A DNA stretch of 64,000 nucleotides from Lepidodermella squamata (lineage: Eukaryota > Animalia > Gastrotricha): NCBI GenBank assembly GCA_047495785.1, contig JBLDXI010000060.1, positions 62,001 to 126,000 on the forward strand. Direction: 5' to 3'. The position numbers and the translations under genes are program-made. This document shows, piece after piece, positions 25,889 to 39,542 of the stretch. The notes below the pieces were generated by a model, which worked only from the letters and a program-made list of their open reading frames with translations, did no database searches and had not been told where the DNA came from. Numbering within the stretch: the first letter of the stretch is position 1; every line of letters starts with the position of its first letter.

Positions 25889-26387
25889 CACTTTAACTGC
25901 CAAAAATAGACTGCGAGATCCGATATTTGGATCCAAATCCTGGGTCTGTCGAAAAGTCCTTTTTTCAGGTCAACGATGCGTCGTAGGGCAAAATGCCCGA
26001 CGGCAAAGTTTAGGCCATGACCCGGCGGATCTTTTGACACCGAATTTGGGGTTAATGACTTCAAGGAACCCACAGAAATCAACTTGAAAAAACCGTGAAA
26101 TTTTGATTGTTGCGCCATAATCTGGGTCTAATAATTAGGTCCAATTCTTGGATCTGCTTTTTGGCTCTAATCCAAAATTTCGACGTTTTTCACTGTCGTT
26201 TTTAAAGACCTGCTAATACCTTGAGTCCACAAATTCGGTATCAAAAGAACCGCCGGGTCATGGCCTAAACTTTGCCGTCGGGAATTTCGCCCTACGACGC
26301 ATCGTTGACCTGAAAAAGGAATTTTCGTTAGACCCAGGATTTGGATCCAAATATCGATCTCGCAGTTTATTTTTGGCAGTTAAAGTG
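25889..26387. mobile_element. TTAA-specific (piggyBac-like) MITE with long TIRs
   Basis: TTAA|CACTTTAACTGCCAAAAA ... TTTTTGGCAGTTAAAGTG|TTAA. Inverted arms of roughly 160-170 bp. The paralogous site near 33335 is empty. Confidence 0.92.
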
Positions 26388-26806
26388 TTAAGTATGGCAA
26401 TGATTGGAGAAAGGTTCAACATTATAGGTTATAGCTAGAGGAAGCCTAACACGTTTAATAGTAACGATGCAACATGCAACAAGCCTCAAAGCTCGGACTT
26501 TCAGCCACGTATCTACAAACGATCTCTCGATCCCGCAGTAATCCTGATCAGTTGTGAATCCATCGGTGGAATATAAAGTTCAACTGGGGTTTAGTAGCAC
26601 GAATGTGGGTGAAACTGCCCACTGCCCAATCTGGGTGAACTGAATTGAATTTGCTGAGGCGCGGAAAGAAGCTCAGCTTTCACATAAAATTCAGACCACT
26701 CCAAAACCTGGAAAAACCTGATACAAATTATATACAAATCAATTTGACTGTGCCGTTCATTTTCATCCGCCTGAGCCAAATCAACGTACACAAGGCACAG
26801 CTATCC

Positions 26807-28355
26807 GTTATTGTATTGTATTGTATTTTATTTTCCAAATTCAATCAAAAATAATTACAGAATTTAAGGTTAACAATCATTGAGGAAAATGGATTAGAAT
26901 ACAAAGGGCAAGTTCTGCCACTTACATGTACCTACATTATAACATATTTTCATAGCGCGCAAAGTGGATAATGTTTACAGTATTGAGCTGCGAAGATGAC
27001 TAGAAAGATCACAAGTCATAAGCTTATGTTTGAAAATAACAGAATTATTAGAAGATACTATATCGTTTGACAATTTATTCCAGATCGGAGCTAGTCGGTT
27101 TACAAATGAGAAGCGATATTGGTCAGTTCTACAAGTTTGTATAACTAGTTTGAAGGAATGATTAGAACGAGTGAGGTTAGAATTAAATTTTAGCTTGTCA
27201 GAAAGATTACAGCGAACTTCATTTTTTATAATTTTGAACAGTAAGACCAGGTCAGCTCTCAAGCGTCGCAGTTCAAGAGATGGAATATGGAGCTGTTGTA
27301 GTCGTAAAGAGTATGAGGGTCGTGGATCAGATATTTTTCTACAGAATAGGCGACGAGTGAAGTAAGATTGAACTTTTTCGATTTTATTAATTAACGTTTT
27401 CGTGTAGGGAGACCAGATCGGGGACGCATAATCAAGAAGAGGTCGCACGTATACACAGTAGGCGCGAACTAGCGTAGCTTTATCGCGAGATTTGAAGGCA
27501 CGAAAGATAAGGTTGATACGTTGCATCGATTTCTTTATTATAGAGTCAATATGGTCACAAAAAGAGAGACGATCGTCAATCAGGACCCCTAGGTCCCTGA
27601 TGGAATTGACTTTACCAAGAGAGTGATCGCCAATTTTATATTCAGTTTTTGGATTATTTTTACCAAGATGTAAGCATGCACATTTCGAAACAGAGAGTTG
27701 AAGTTGCCAGCAGGAAGTCCAATCATTAACTCGATCGAGTGCACGATTCATTTCTATTGGACTAGCGTCATCATTCAAAAACATTATGTAGAGTTTACAG
27801 TCATCTGCGAATAAACGGATTTTAATGTTTCCCGGTAGATTCTCGTGAATGTCATTTATAAAAAGGAGGAAGAGAAGGGGCCCCAGGACAGAGCCCTGGG
27901 GAACCCCGCTAGTAACGTCGCATTTTTCACTCTTTTTCTTGTTGACAATAACAGACTGAGTTCGATCAAGCAAAAAATTTTCGATCCAACACAAAGGTTT
28001 GCCGGAGATTCCATAAGATTTAAGCAACGAGTTTTTTATGTGAAACCGTGTCGAAAGCCTTTGCGAAGTCCAGGTATATGATATCAACCAGCATATATTT
28101 GTCAAGCGCATACAACCAATCCACACTGCTTTCGAGTAGCTGGGTTAGAGTGGACTTTTTTGATACGAAGCCGTGCTGGAAAGGTGATATGATGTCTAAC
28201 CTTTGAAGATAAGATACTAGTTCATCGCGAATAATACGTTCAGCGATTCTGCAAGGCGTGCAGGTCAGAGATATTGGGCGATAATCAGACGCGTTGTGAG
28301 AAGCACCTTTTTTAGCGATTGGGGTAACAAAAGCCTCTTTCCACATATTGGGTAG
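26807..28355 (-). mobile_element. 5'-truncated non-LTR retrotransposon (CR1/L2-group LINE), RT domain with a frameshift
   Basis: YRPISLT, QHGF, YLDFAKAFDTV, GVPQGSVLGPLLFLLFIND, LFADD, DLGV, VRPLLDYASPIWSP. Frameshift near 28020-28040. The 3' end has AATAAA followed by an (ATACA)n tail near 26810-26832. Confidence 0.93.
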
Positions 28356-29020
28356 TTTACCAGGTAGTTTATTATGATGGCGGTGCAGTTTTTGACAACA
28401 CCGCCCTTGCGTTCATTGTTATCCAACATCCAGCATGGTTATTTATTATTATTTTGATCATCAAAATAATAAAAAGCCAAACAGAAACGAAGTTGGGACA
28501 GATGCATCAAAGTGTTCATCAATCCCAACTTCGTGAAGTCGCATGTCACGCTATTCATTGTAATGAATCGGCGATCTAGCGCTGTCTCGGACTATCAAAA
28601 AAACTTGAATCCTCTGGTAAGAATGGCGACTAGCTCTTGCCAAAATGGGTGCACATTGGATGAATTTCTGAAAATGGCATTCGTTTGGAAATCGCTAAGA
28701 GTATTTCGCTATCACTGTCTTTGCTCCGGATTCCATGTTAACGAAAATTTCGGGAATGTTTACCGAAGTCTGGATCTATAAAATGACGGAAACAGCTTCG
28801 AAAAGTTATTAAAAATGCGAGGCTAAGAAAATATTTGTCATACTTTGAATGTTTAGATTTTAAGGGATGTGGATAACATGCTCTCTACGTCACATGGTTT
28901 TTTCGGAAATACCATCGATCATAACAATTTTTTACGTCAGCGAAATGTCATGGATAATGCATATATAGAGCTAATCAAAATATTTTCGAATTCATTGTAA
29001 CTTGGTTATCGAGATAGACA

Positions 29021-30211
29021 ATGCAAGTCGAACATCTCATTCTGTTTTCTTCTGTTTTAAGACTTTCCTCAGCGATATTTGCTCCACCTGATGAAGCATT
29101 GAGGCAACACTTTGAAAAAGAATGCAGCCTCAATTCTAAATTTCGTCCGCTTGAGAGTTTCAACAAATCAATCGCCGTAGACGTGCAGTTCATCCCTGTT
29201 CGCTTGGTCGAGCTCAACATTCCCGAGGAGCGATTCTCGGTTATGATGACAGTCAACTTTTTATGGAAACATCCTTGTGTTCAGTGGAACGCAACGGACT
29301 GGGACGAAGTGGACTTCTTCTTCGTTGAATCGCATTCTACTTGGCACCCGGATGTGTATATCGCCAATGGCTACGACGAAGTCACATTCAAAAACATTTT
29401 CAAAGATGACGAAAAGGTGTTTTTCAACAGTAACGGCCAAGTAATACTAGGGCCTCTCGGTCTTTTTTCAGTTTACTGCAACTTTGAGTGAGTTTTAGTT
29501 TTACTCAAACCTTCAAGGCTTATTCATCTTGTTTTGAACAGCGTAGAAAAATTTCCGTTTGACAAGCAAGTTTGTGCTGTTGATGTTGAATCGTGGCATA
29601 GTAATAAGACATTGACATTGACGGCTTATGTAAAAACGGTGATACAACAGGCTGATAACTGGCCTTTCGTCGCATCGAAATCGGTTTGGCAACTAACTGG
29701 TTTACAGACGAAAAACAGGACATTAAAATATGACGACATCATCTCACCCAACTATTTCCATCGTGCCAGCGTCGAATTCAGTTTCACACGCAAACCAACC
29801 AGCTACATTCTGAATATATTCCTGCCGAGTTTCAGCCTATCAATTGTTCTCTTAGGTTTCATTTTCATGGAACCAGGAGCGCCCGATAGACCAATGTATT
29901 GCGTGACTATCCTGCTAGCGTTTTCCGTACTCCAATCGTCTATTATCGATTTGATCCCGAGTTCCAGTGTCATACCCTACGCTGTGTGGATTGTGACTGT
30001 CAATTACATAGCTGCAATTTCATGCACGCTGTATTCATTGGTAGTTTGTTACCTGGCATCTCAAACAAGCCCGCTGTATTCAAGTCGACCGAAGTGGATT
30101 GAAATACCCATTGATAGCTTCATTCGCAGAATAGATGCTGTTTTCATATCTGCGGCAGCGAGTACTCTGGTGATTGCCGATTTTTATTTCTTAGCTAGAA
30201 TTCTTGAATAA
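29021..30211 (+). CDS. Cys-loop LGIC subunit 4 (exons 29021-29487, 29542-30211)
   Basis: WHPD loop A, spliced CNFDVEKFPFDKQVC, APDRP linker, 4 TM. Confidence 0.92.
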
Positions 30212-30439
30212 TTGAAAAAACGAAAATAAATTTCGGGCAACAACGAACGAAACGAAAATCCTTTTATTTGTCCTTAAATTTCCTATTCATTTTTAGCAAT
30301 GATTTAGGAGCAACGAACCATCAAAAACAAAATCGAAATCAATAATCAATAACAACAGTAAAACATAAAGGCTCGACCACAGGGTGAACAGGCGCTTGTC
30401 AGTGACAGTGCGCAGGAGACGCTTTTGAGGAGGCACTTT

Positions 30440-30585
30440 GGAGAAGCGGGGACCCTTGCGGACCACCAGTTGTAACACGACCTGCCCGCTGTGGAAACCG
30501 GTCACACGAGCTCGGAGCTTCCGATCGCGTAAGTAATCCGCGAGCCACCCAATGAGATTGCGCGGCAGGAGCAGTTGGCCAAGCT
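30440..30585 (-). mobile_element. Short relic of a second non-LTR reverse transcriptase
   Basis: Minus strand reads LPRNLIGWLADYLRDRKLRARV..FHS, then after a frameshift TTGGPQGSPL, resembling the RT WI..YL..R...GVPQGS segment. Confidence 0.65.
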
Positions 30586-30699
30586 AATTCGCCTTCATTG
30601 GTAAACTACGTGACTTCTGTGGTGAGGCGCCAAGAAACAACTTTCTGCTAAACTTAAACTTAACTATTTGCTAACTGTTGAAAAACAATTTGCAATAAA

Positions 30700-30722
30700 A
30701 ATGAGAATGAGAATGAGAATGA
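30700..30722. repeat. (ATGAGA)n microsatellite
   Basis: Hexamer repeated 3-4 times. Confidence 0.8.
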
Positions 30723-31354
30723 AGCCAGCGTGCCAAACATCGTATGCGGCTTTCACATCGAGACCAACAACTACCATCTTGCGCTTGGCCGCGCGTGCCT
30801 GATGCACTCGGTGGGCAACACGAACTGGAATGTCCGCTATTTTCAGCCATTTTTAGAGAGCAAATTTCACAAAATTTCACAAATTTTGGCTCGTTTCGCT
30901 CGCATGGGGTCATTCCGTTTACTTCATTTACGAAACTAAGTGTTTCGGTCTGTTAGATTTTCTACCTTTGGGCTTACATTGGAGTATTGTTGAGTATTTT
31001 TAGCGTCCCTGAATACTGAATACATATTGGGTCTATATTAAAATGTTACAAGTTACAAGGCTCAGAAAGTATTAATCATAAAGCCACAACGTTTTCATTC
31101 AAAACCTTGAACTCGCAGCCATTAGATTGATTTAGGTGATTCAACCCTCAGGTACAATCCATTCACTTATTTTGAGATTTGAGATTTGAGCAATTTTTGT
31201 TTTGAAACGACTCAATCTGCTTATATTGACCTATGGCATATGAAGATCCACGGCGACAAACTTGGTACAATTCGCGGAAAACCAAGCAATTCATGAAAAC
31301 ACTCTGAAAATTCGTTCGTTTTAATTGGATAATTGAGGAGAATACAAGACGTGG

Positions 31355-31390
31355 GAGTGGCGCACGCAGGAGGTCCTGCGTGCGCCACTC
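31355..31390. repeat. Perfect 16-bp GC-rich inverted repeat
   Basis: GAGTGGCGCACGCAGG-aggt-CCTGCGTGCGCCACTC. Confidence 0.85.
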
Positions 31391-31674
31391 TTGTGCATCT
31401 GGGGAAAGGTATTTGCGAACCACTGCCCTAAACAGTTATGCGAATCCCCTTCATAAGTCACTTTCCTTAACGCAATACATATCATTATAGGGCGACTTTG
31501 CAGTCATGTGATCAAGGGCAAAGTCCGCATATTTGTTTCCGGTATTTGTCGCGCAGCCGCGCGGTCGTTGTAGTGGGGCGGTCGTGTGAAAACAGAGGTC
31601 ACCGTGCAGTATATCCCCATTCCCCATCCGCCCAAGGAGCGGCTCTCCGTTATGATGGCAGTGAATTTCTTATA

Positions 31675-31815
31675 ATTTAGCCGGCAGAATGCCGTTCGAA
31701 GTAGGGAAACGCGGAATGACAGCGATTTGTTTGCTCGATATTGTTTTTTACGGAAGTGCCCTTCTAGCTATTGCGAATATTTATTCTTACATCATGGTAG
31801 AGATAATAAGCTGAG
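31675..31815 (+). pseudogene. Relic 3' end (M4) of a subunit-2-like LGIC gene
   Basis: Sequence matches 24016-24158 with indels. The following intergenic DNA resembles 24159-24685. Confidence 0.8.
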
Positions 31816-32136
31816 CGCATGGGCAAGCCAATGGAATATTCGAATGTTAAAAGATGTCGGGCAGAACTTGTTTGAGACAAAAGGTACCACGGTAAATCTT
31901 TCAAAGACCTTCCCCGACCTTCTAAATGGACATTAGCGCTATTTGAGACCTTAAATAAAACCGAAGTAAAGCCAATCAGCATTTAAGGTCAATTAACCGG
32001 AATTATACGATGGAGGCGAACATGCATCAATATTGTTAGCTTGTTAGTTTAATCGATTTCTGCATTTTCCCTGCTTTTAGTCTGTCCATCAAGCAGATTA
32101 TGATAATCCGGAGAAGCCAGCGTGCTTAATAAAAAA

Positions 32137-33313
32137 ATGTTTGCGAAATTTTCAATATTTATGATTTATTGCGTGGCAATAACTTCTGGAGACAATCCTT
32201 GGCGGCCCAAAGACGCTCAGTTGAGGGCTTTGTTCATTGAGAAATGCGGTGTTTCAGAAAAGTCCCGTCACAGCGCGAAATTTCGCGACCCAGTCGAAGT
32301 GGGCATGGTTTTCAGGCCGTTTCGATTCATCGAACTGCAAGAGGTGCAAGAAACATTCGCGCTTGTGGCCGAGCTATATCTATTTTGGAACCATCCATGC
32401 GTTCGCTGGAACAAAACGGAATGGGAAGACACGAAATCGTTTGAACTCGACGCAGATGAATCGTGGCTACCACCTCTCCGGGTCGTAAACGCAGCCCGTA
32501 ATCCCCGAATGGATGACCTCATATCGTCGAGGCAATACGTGAGATATAGCCATAGTGGCGAAATAACTACTACGCTTTCTGGGCCAATTGAAGTCTATTG
32601 CCCCTTGAAGTAAGTAGATCTGAGTCCAACCAGATGAAAACCACTAATTCTTAAAATTCTATAGCTTGGAGAAATTCCCGGCCGACACTCAGCATTGTGA
32701 CATAATGATCGAGTCATTGTTGAACAACAACAGTGTTCATCTGAACTACGACTCGAGTAAGCCAATCATTGATAATGACGAGGAGACTTCATTCATCAGC
32801 AAATCTAGCGCGTGGCATTTGGATAATGTTACCGCGGAATTTTTCGCGGCAAATTACCCTGATGAGCCGTTGAAGTACTATCACCGCGTGACATACACGT
32901 TCAAGATTAGCAGACGTCCGACTCTTTACATTCTCAACATATTCCTACCATGTATTGGGTTAATGCTTCTGTTGTTCGGATCAGTTTTCATCCCACCCGA
33001 CTCGCCTGATCGGCCTGTATTCTGCTGCACTGTTGTACTGGCTATTGCTGTCTATCAATCAAATGTTAGCGAAATGATTCCTAAGACCAGCCAAATTCCA
33101 TGGGCTCTGGTTTTTCTGGTAGTTCAGCTCGGCGTTGGAATTTTCATGACTCTCTACGCTCTGCTAACATGCGAACTGGCCGAAAGGCTTTCGTTCAAAG
33201 TTCGGAAATGCAAGTTCACAGCAATCCGTCTACTAGACGCAGTTTTTTACGGAGGTGCCCTTCTCGCTATGGTGATTATTGACACTCACATCATGGTAGA
33301 AATAATGTACTGA
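32137..33313 (+). CDS. Cys-loop LGIC subunit 5 (exons 32137-32609, 32665-33313), duplicate of subunit 3
   Basis: Intact frames with the same intron. Loop B reads ESL instead of ESW. Confidence 0.92.
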
Positions 33314-33525
33314 GCCTGAAAATGAGAAAGTTGTCGATAAAAAGATGTCATAGAATTGAAACAACGAAGGTTCGTCAGTCATCCGAACTTTGTTTAGTTG
33401 ATGTATCTTGAGTTGAAATCCTAGATCAAAGTAGGACCGCGGATTTGGTTGGGATTTGACTGAGCTCACCGTACAAACCGATGGAACTGGGAGGGATGAT
33501 CCCTACCATCTCTAGCGGTACTTCC

Positions 33526-33879
33526 CTAGCTTTTATATTCATAGAACCAGGAGCGCCCGATAGACCAGTGTATTGCGTGACTATCCTGCTAGCGTTTTCC
33601 GTACTCCAATCGTCTATTATCGATTCGATACCGAGTTCCAGTGTCATACCCTACGCCGTGTGGATTGTGACTGTCAATTACATAACTGCAATTTCATGCA
33701 CGCTGTATTCATTGGTAGTTTGTTACCTGGCATCTCAAAATAGCCCGCTGTATTCAAGTCGACCGAAGTGGATTGAAATACCGATTGATAGCTTCATTCG
33801 CAGAATAGCTGTTTTCATATCTGCGGCAACGAGTTTTCTAGTTATTGCCGACTTCTACTTCCTAGCTAGAATGCACTAA
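33526..33879 (+). pseudogene. 5'-truncated copy of subunit 4 (M2-M4 only) fused to a MITE fragment
   Basis: Near-identical to 29855-30205. The upstream 33455-33525 matches the right end of the MITE at 39226-39542. Confidence 0.85.
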
Positions 33880-34042
33880 TAGATGTCTGTGTCTGACGCT
33901 TGGATTAGAGACGTTATTCTCAATTTTGAAATGATCTCGCTATTCCATCAAAGTCTTCAAAAAAGCTGGAATAATTATAAACCGATCGAATATTCCGGGC
34001 GAAAAAATGATAAAATAAATAATAAACCAACCCGAACCCGTG

Positions 34043-34197
34043 GCAACAATTTGCACTTTTATAATTAATTATGCAAATTAGTTTGAGAAAAGCAGGATAC
34101 AAGAAAAATTTGCCAGCAAACGGTTCGAGGAAAAATCTTGTTTCTTGTTTTTCTCAAACTCATTTGCATAATTAATTATAAAAGTGCAAAATGTTGC
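34043..34197. repeat. AT-rich foldback / small MITE-like palindrome
   Basis: TTTGCACTTTTATAATTAATTATGCAAATTAGTTTGAGAAAA...TTTTCTCAAACTCATTTGCATAATTAATTATAAAAGTGCAAA arms of about 60 bp. Confidence 0.85.
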
Positions 34198-34538
34198 TAT
34201 GGGAATGCCCTAGGTCTCCTTGTGTCCTTTTGACCTAGGTTTCTTTGACAAACCAAACTCTGGAGAGACATATCATTGTCCTATTCATTTTCGCTTTTGT
34301 TTAACTGTATTGTCGCAAAGGGCAAACAGACAAAGCATGCGCTATGAAAGTTCAGTTTGAGAGGCTGCAAAATTAAAATTCAACGCACTTGTGAAATTTT
34401 TGCGGATGTTTTTGATTTAGATTTATCGATTTCGAAGTAATAAAAAAAGTTTATATTTGATTCTGATCCGTAGGTTTCGGTTCAGTTCAGTCTTGAAGCT
34501 TAGATATAAAGTCAAATTGCGGGTCTATAGTAGCAGGA

Positions 34539-35721
34539 ATGTGGGTCCGATTACTTTCACTGGCACTAATTTGTCAATTCTCTTCAGCGATATTCGTCCC
34601 GTATGCAGAGGCACTGAAGCAACACTTCGAGACAGAGTGCAGCCTCAATTCAATGTTCCGACCACTTCAAAACCCGGAAACACCTATCAATGTTACAGTG
34701 CAGTTCATCCCGATCCGCTTGATTGAGATCAACGTACCCGAGGAACGGCTATCCGTTATGATGACAGTGAATTTCTTCTGGCAACACCCCTGCGTTCATT
34801 GGAATGTCTCAGACTGGGGCAACGCGTCCTTCTTTTTCGTTGAGCACTCATCGACGTGGCATCCCCACGTCTATATAGTAAACGGCTACAATGACGTCTC
34901 ATTTCGAAATATCTTCGAAGATTTCGAGAAGACTTATTTCTACAGTGGGGGCGAGGTTGCGTTAATGCCCTTAGGTTGTTTCACGGTCTATTGCCATTTC
35001 GAGTAAGTTCCTAATTCATCCAATAATGCCTGATGTATCTTAAATATCACCCAGCGTCAGCAAATTTCCATTCGATCGCCACGTTTGTTCAGTTGGCGTC
35101 GAATCTTGGGACGGCAACTCAACCATGGTTTTAACCGCTGATCCTAATACGGTGATACAACAATCGGATGATAGTCCTTTCATTACAGCTACGTCAGTTT
35201 GGAGTCTCGCCGGTTATCGGGTTGCTGGCGAGTTGATAAAATACGACGCAATCATTTCTCGGAATCACTTTCATCGTGCCTATGTCGAGTTTTTGTTTGT
35301 TCGCAATCCAATCAGCTACATCGTCAACATATTCCTACCAAGTTTCAGCCTATCTGTTGTCCTTCTAGGCTTTATTTTCATGGAGCCAGATGCAGCCGAT
35401 CGGCCTGTTTATTGCGTGACTATTCTGCTAGCATTTTCTGTACTCCAATCGTCTATTGTTGATATCATTCCGAGTTCGAGTGTCATACCTTACGCTGTGT
35501 GCATCGTGACGGCTAATTATATTACTTCAATTGTTTGTACTCTCTACTCTCTAGTTGCTTGCTACTTGACATCACTGGAGGATTTGCCAGTGGTCCTGAA
35601 GTGTTTTAAGAATATTTCATCCCTTGGTTACATGCGACGGATTGATGTCATTTTCATCACGACTGTCACTGGCCTTTTAGTCATCGCAGATTTCTACTTC
35701 ATAGGCAGGATGCTCGAATAG
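34539..35721 (+). CDS. Cys-loop LGIC subunit 6 (exons 34539-35002, 35055-35721)
   Basis: Spliced CHFDVSKFPFDRHVC; AADRP linker; 4 TM. Confidence 0.9.
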
Positions 35722-36268
35722 CAGTAATTATGTGAATAATCAGTCATTGTGAAATGAGTTTCCTCATCATTCTTGGAAAATCAATTACTGACTTTCTCGA
35801 TCCAAGATTTTGTGCCTTGTGTGCAGGAACACCTTCATTGGGATCTGCCGCGAAGAGAAAAGGTCCTAGCCAGGGCCAAGCTTACAATGTCAACTGCAAG
35901 TCTTTTATCAATAGCCGCATTCTCTTTTTATCTGAGCCAGGCATATTCAGCATCTAACTTTATATCTTTATGTGTCCCATAATCGCATTACGTCGAATAA
36001 AGTCAACAAAATGAGAAAAATGTAAAAAAAAAACGTAGAGTGAAGTTGATTAGTCAAAGTGCACCTCGAATCGCGACAGCGACAACCTTAGCTCGCAATA
36101 AAAAATGGCATTTTCAATACTCGCGATACTAATTATTTGGTAGGGATCGGGATTTCAGGTTAACTACGTCACATGGCTCAATCGGAAATGGATCGTAGCA
36201 ATTATTTACTTTAGGAGCTAACGCATGGGGGAAATTCTAATGATGAAGCTTGGGCCAAGAGGATTAAT

Positions 36269-37446
36269 AATAGAAACTGAATGTCTCATACTTGTTTTTC
36301 TCATCTTGCAGTTTTCCTCAGCGGTATTCGTACCACCAGCTGAAGCATTGAGGCAGCACTTTGAAAAGGAATGTAGCCTCAATTCCAAATTCCGCCCGCT
36401 GAAGAGATTCAACGAAAGCATCGACGTAGATGTGCAGTTCATCCCTATTCGCTTGGTCGAGCTTAACATACCCGAGGAGCGTTTCGCAGTAATGATGTCG
36501 GCCAATTTCTTCTGGGAACATCCCTGCGTTCATTGGAACGCAACAGATTGGGACGGCGTGGATTACTTCTACATTGAGGCGTCTTCTACGTGGTACTCAG
36601 ATGTATACATCGCAAATGGTTATGATGAAGTTACATTAAAAGACATTTTCAAGGATAACGAAAAGGTGTATTTCAGTAGGACCTTTGGGCCTATTTTCAG
36701 TTTACTGCAATTTTGAGTAAGTTACAATTTTCACGCTCCCTCAACGCAATGTCGGATGTCTTTTTTTCGGACAGGGTTGAGAAATTTCCGTTCGACAAGC
36801 AAGTTTGCGCAGTGGATATAGAATCGTGGAATAGCAATAAGACAATGACTCTGACAGCTACTGAACACACGGTGATACAACAGGCCGATAACAGTCCTTT
36901 TGTGGCGTCGAAATCAGTGCGGCATCTAACTGGTTTACAGACGAAAAACGCGATCATAAAATACGCAGACATCATCTCTCCCAGCCATTTCCACCGAGCC
37001 AGCGTCTAATTCAGTTTCACTCGGAAACCAATCAGCTACATCGTGAATAATTTCCTGCCTAGTTTCAGCCTGTCAACAGTTCTTCTAGGTTTCATATTCA
37101 TGGAACCAGGAGCGCCCGATAGGCCAATGTATTGCGTGACTATCCTGCTGGCATTTTCCGTACTCCAATCGTCTATTATCGATTTGATCCCGAGTTCCAG
37201 TGTCATACCTTACGCAGTGTGGATTGTGACTGTCAATTACATAGCTGTAATCTCATGCACGCTATATTCATTGGTAGTTTGCTACCTATGGCTTCTCAGA
37301 AGGGCCCGCCGTATTCAAGTCGGCCGAAGTGCATTTCAATTCCGATTGACAGCTTCATACGCAGAATTGATGATGTTTTTATATCTGTAGCAACGAGTAT
37401 CCTAGTGATTGCAGATTTTTATTTCCTAGCAAGAATGCTGGAATAA
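36269..37446 (+). pseudogene. LGIC pseudogene (subunit-4-like)
   Basis: Homologous start reads ATA. Frameshifting deletion near 36678, premature TAA at 37007-37009 and a second frameshift near 37288. Confidence 0.88.
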
Positions 37447-37678
37447 TCGAAAACGAAAATAAATTCTAGGTAAAATAAATAGTGATACAGGTTAAACCAA
37501 AGCCAATGCTCTGTAAATATCATTATACTTGCCTCCCACCTATATCATATATCATCAAGCCATTTATTGATTTCAAGTCTTGGCGAGTGTCGTAGGGCTA
37601 CCTTTTTGTATAAAAACAATTATTTTTCCGCCATTTTGCGTATCCGCTATCCGCTTCATAAGTCTATTTTCATTGAAA

Positions 37679-38850
37679 ATGTTCGTGGTAACTATTGGGA
37701 GATTCTTCATAGTGATATTTTGTCTAGGTCAGATGAAAGCTGATTTCATGCCAAAAGCTGAGCAGTTGAAGCAGCATTTCGAAAAGGAATGCGGCATTGC
37801 CTCCAAACTGAGGCCTATGATGAACTACAGTGAGCCAACCAAGGTAGAAATTGGCTTCAATCCAATTCGGCTTGTCGAGATCAACGTACCTGATGAGAGG
37901 CTCACAGTCATGATGGGAGTCTACGCCATTTGGAGCCACCCATGCGTGGCTTGGAATGAATCTGAGTGGAACAACGCCCCGGAATTCACCGTGGATTATT
38001 ACACAACATGGTACCCTAATATTTATCTAATCAATGGCTACAATGAAGTGTCCTTCAAAAACTTCATCGAAAATTCTGGTATAATCAATTTCTACTCTGA
38101 TGGCAGTGTCTATCTATTACCCATGGGAAGCTTCTCAACCTACTGCAATTTCGAGTAAATCTTTCCTGATTAGTGAAAGTCATTATTTTATGTTGTATTT
38201 CAGCGTGGAAAAATTCCCATTTGATAGTCACGTCTGCACAATCGACGTTGAATCTTGGTCACCGAATCACAAAGTCAGCCTCAAAGTTGACCCCGACTCA
38301 ACGATTCAACAATCCGAAAGTAGTCCCTTTATACCAAAGACATCAGTATGGAGCTTGGATTACTTCAAAGTTGCTGATAAGGAGGTTCGATACGACCCAA
38401 ACATTTCATCAGATACCTACGACAGAGTCCTAGTCGAGTTTTGCTTCGTGAGGAAACCGTTGAGTTTCATCATTAACATATTCCTGCCTAGTTTCAGTCT
38501 ATCCTTCGTGCTGTTGGGTTTCATCTTTCTGGATCCAGAAGCTCCGGATAGGCCTATGTACTGCGTGACAATTTTGCTAGCTTTTTCTGTCCTGCAATCG
38601 TCCCTAGTAGAACTGATACCTACTTCCAGTTCCATCCCATATGCAGTTTGTGTTGTAACCGCTCATTACGTAACCTCAATCGTTTGTACTGCTTACGCAT
38701 TGCTCGCCTGTATTCTGAGTCGGGTTAAGGTGAAAACATGTTTAAAATCTAAATCTTTCAGTTTCATTCGGCAACGTGTTCTTCATTGCTACGATTTCTT
38801 CTCTATTACTGATAGCTGATTTGTATTATCTTGCTAGAATGCTCAGTTGA
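37679..38850 (+). pseudogene. LGIC gene with a frameshift just before M4 (exons 37679-38154, 38204-38850)
   Basis: Intact through M3. M4 (VFFIATISSLLLIADLYYLARMLS*) is out of frame after a small deletion near 38773. Confidence 0.8.
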
Positions 38851-39225
38851 ATCTTGAGACTTTATTTAATTGAAAGAATTAGAACATGAATGTGGAGACA
38901 ATAAAGAGACCATGTGCGCCTTGTATCAGATTCAAGTCGTTATCACACCGCATCCTCATTATCAAATTTTTGCTATTCACCTAATTGGAAAGCTGCGATT
39001 TCAGCAAGGTGTTTTCGACAAAAGCAAATATATGTCCTCCACCAAGTAGCCGACATGAGAAGTGAGTCGATAGCTGTCTCTGACATTTATAGGTAATTAA
39101 AGAATTTCTTTATCAATCATGAGATGCGGATTTTACCTGAGAGTAACTAGCCAAGCAATGGCTAATGGCTGAATTTGAAAACACCCAAGTAGTCCCAGCA
39201 GTAAGATCACCGCATAGCGCTGCAT

Positions 39226-39542
39226 CAGAGAGCGAAGTAGGATGGAAGAACTGGCTACGATAAGGAAAATCGACATAAGGGTACCCCCTTTGCAGTGCGC
39301 GAAGTAGGATCCTCGAATTAGGGGATTCTTTCGGGCCCCAAATTTATAACCAAAGGGTGGTTTTTAGGGGTTTTTCCACTTTAGCCTGCTGAACTGGGGG
39401 TACGATACCCGTCCTACTCCATGTACTCCGCCCGAAGACCAAAGGGCCCCTTTCCTACTTCAACTTTGACTGAGTTCACCTTGCGGACCGATTAAACTGG
39501 TAAGGATGATCCCTACGATCCCTAGCGGTACTCCGCTCTCTG
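39226..39542. mobile_element. hAT-like MITE
   Basis: TIRs CAGAGAGCGAAGTA / TACTCCGCTCTCTG. TSD CGCTGCAT / TGCTGCAT (7 of 8 match). Confidence 0.85.

Noticed and set aside
33481-33879. 132-aa ORF as a novel small membrane protein
   Set aside because: Its ATG and first 15 codons come from a MITE fragment fused to a truncated copy of subunit 4.
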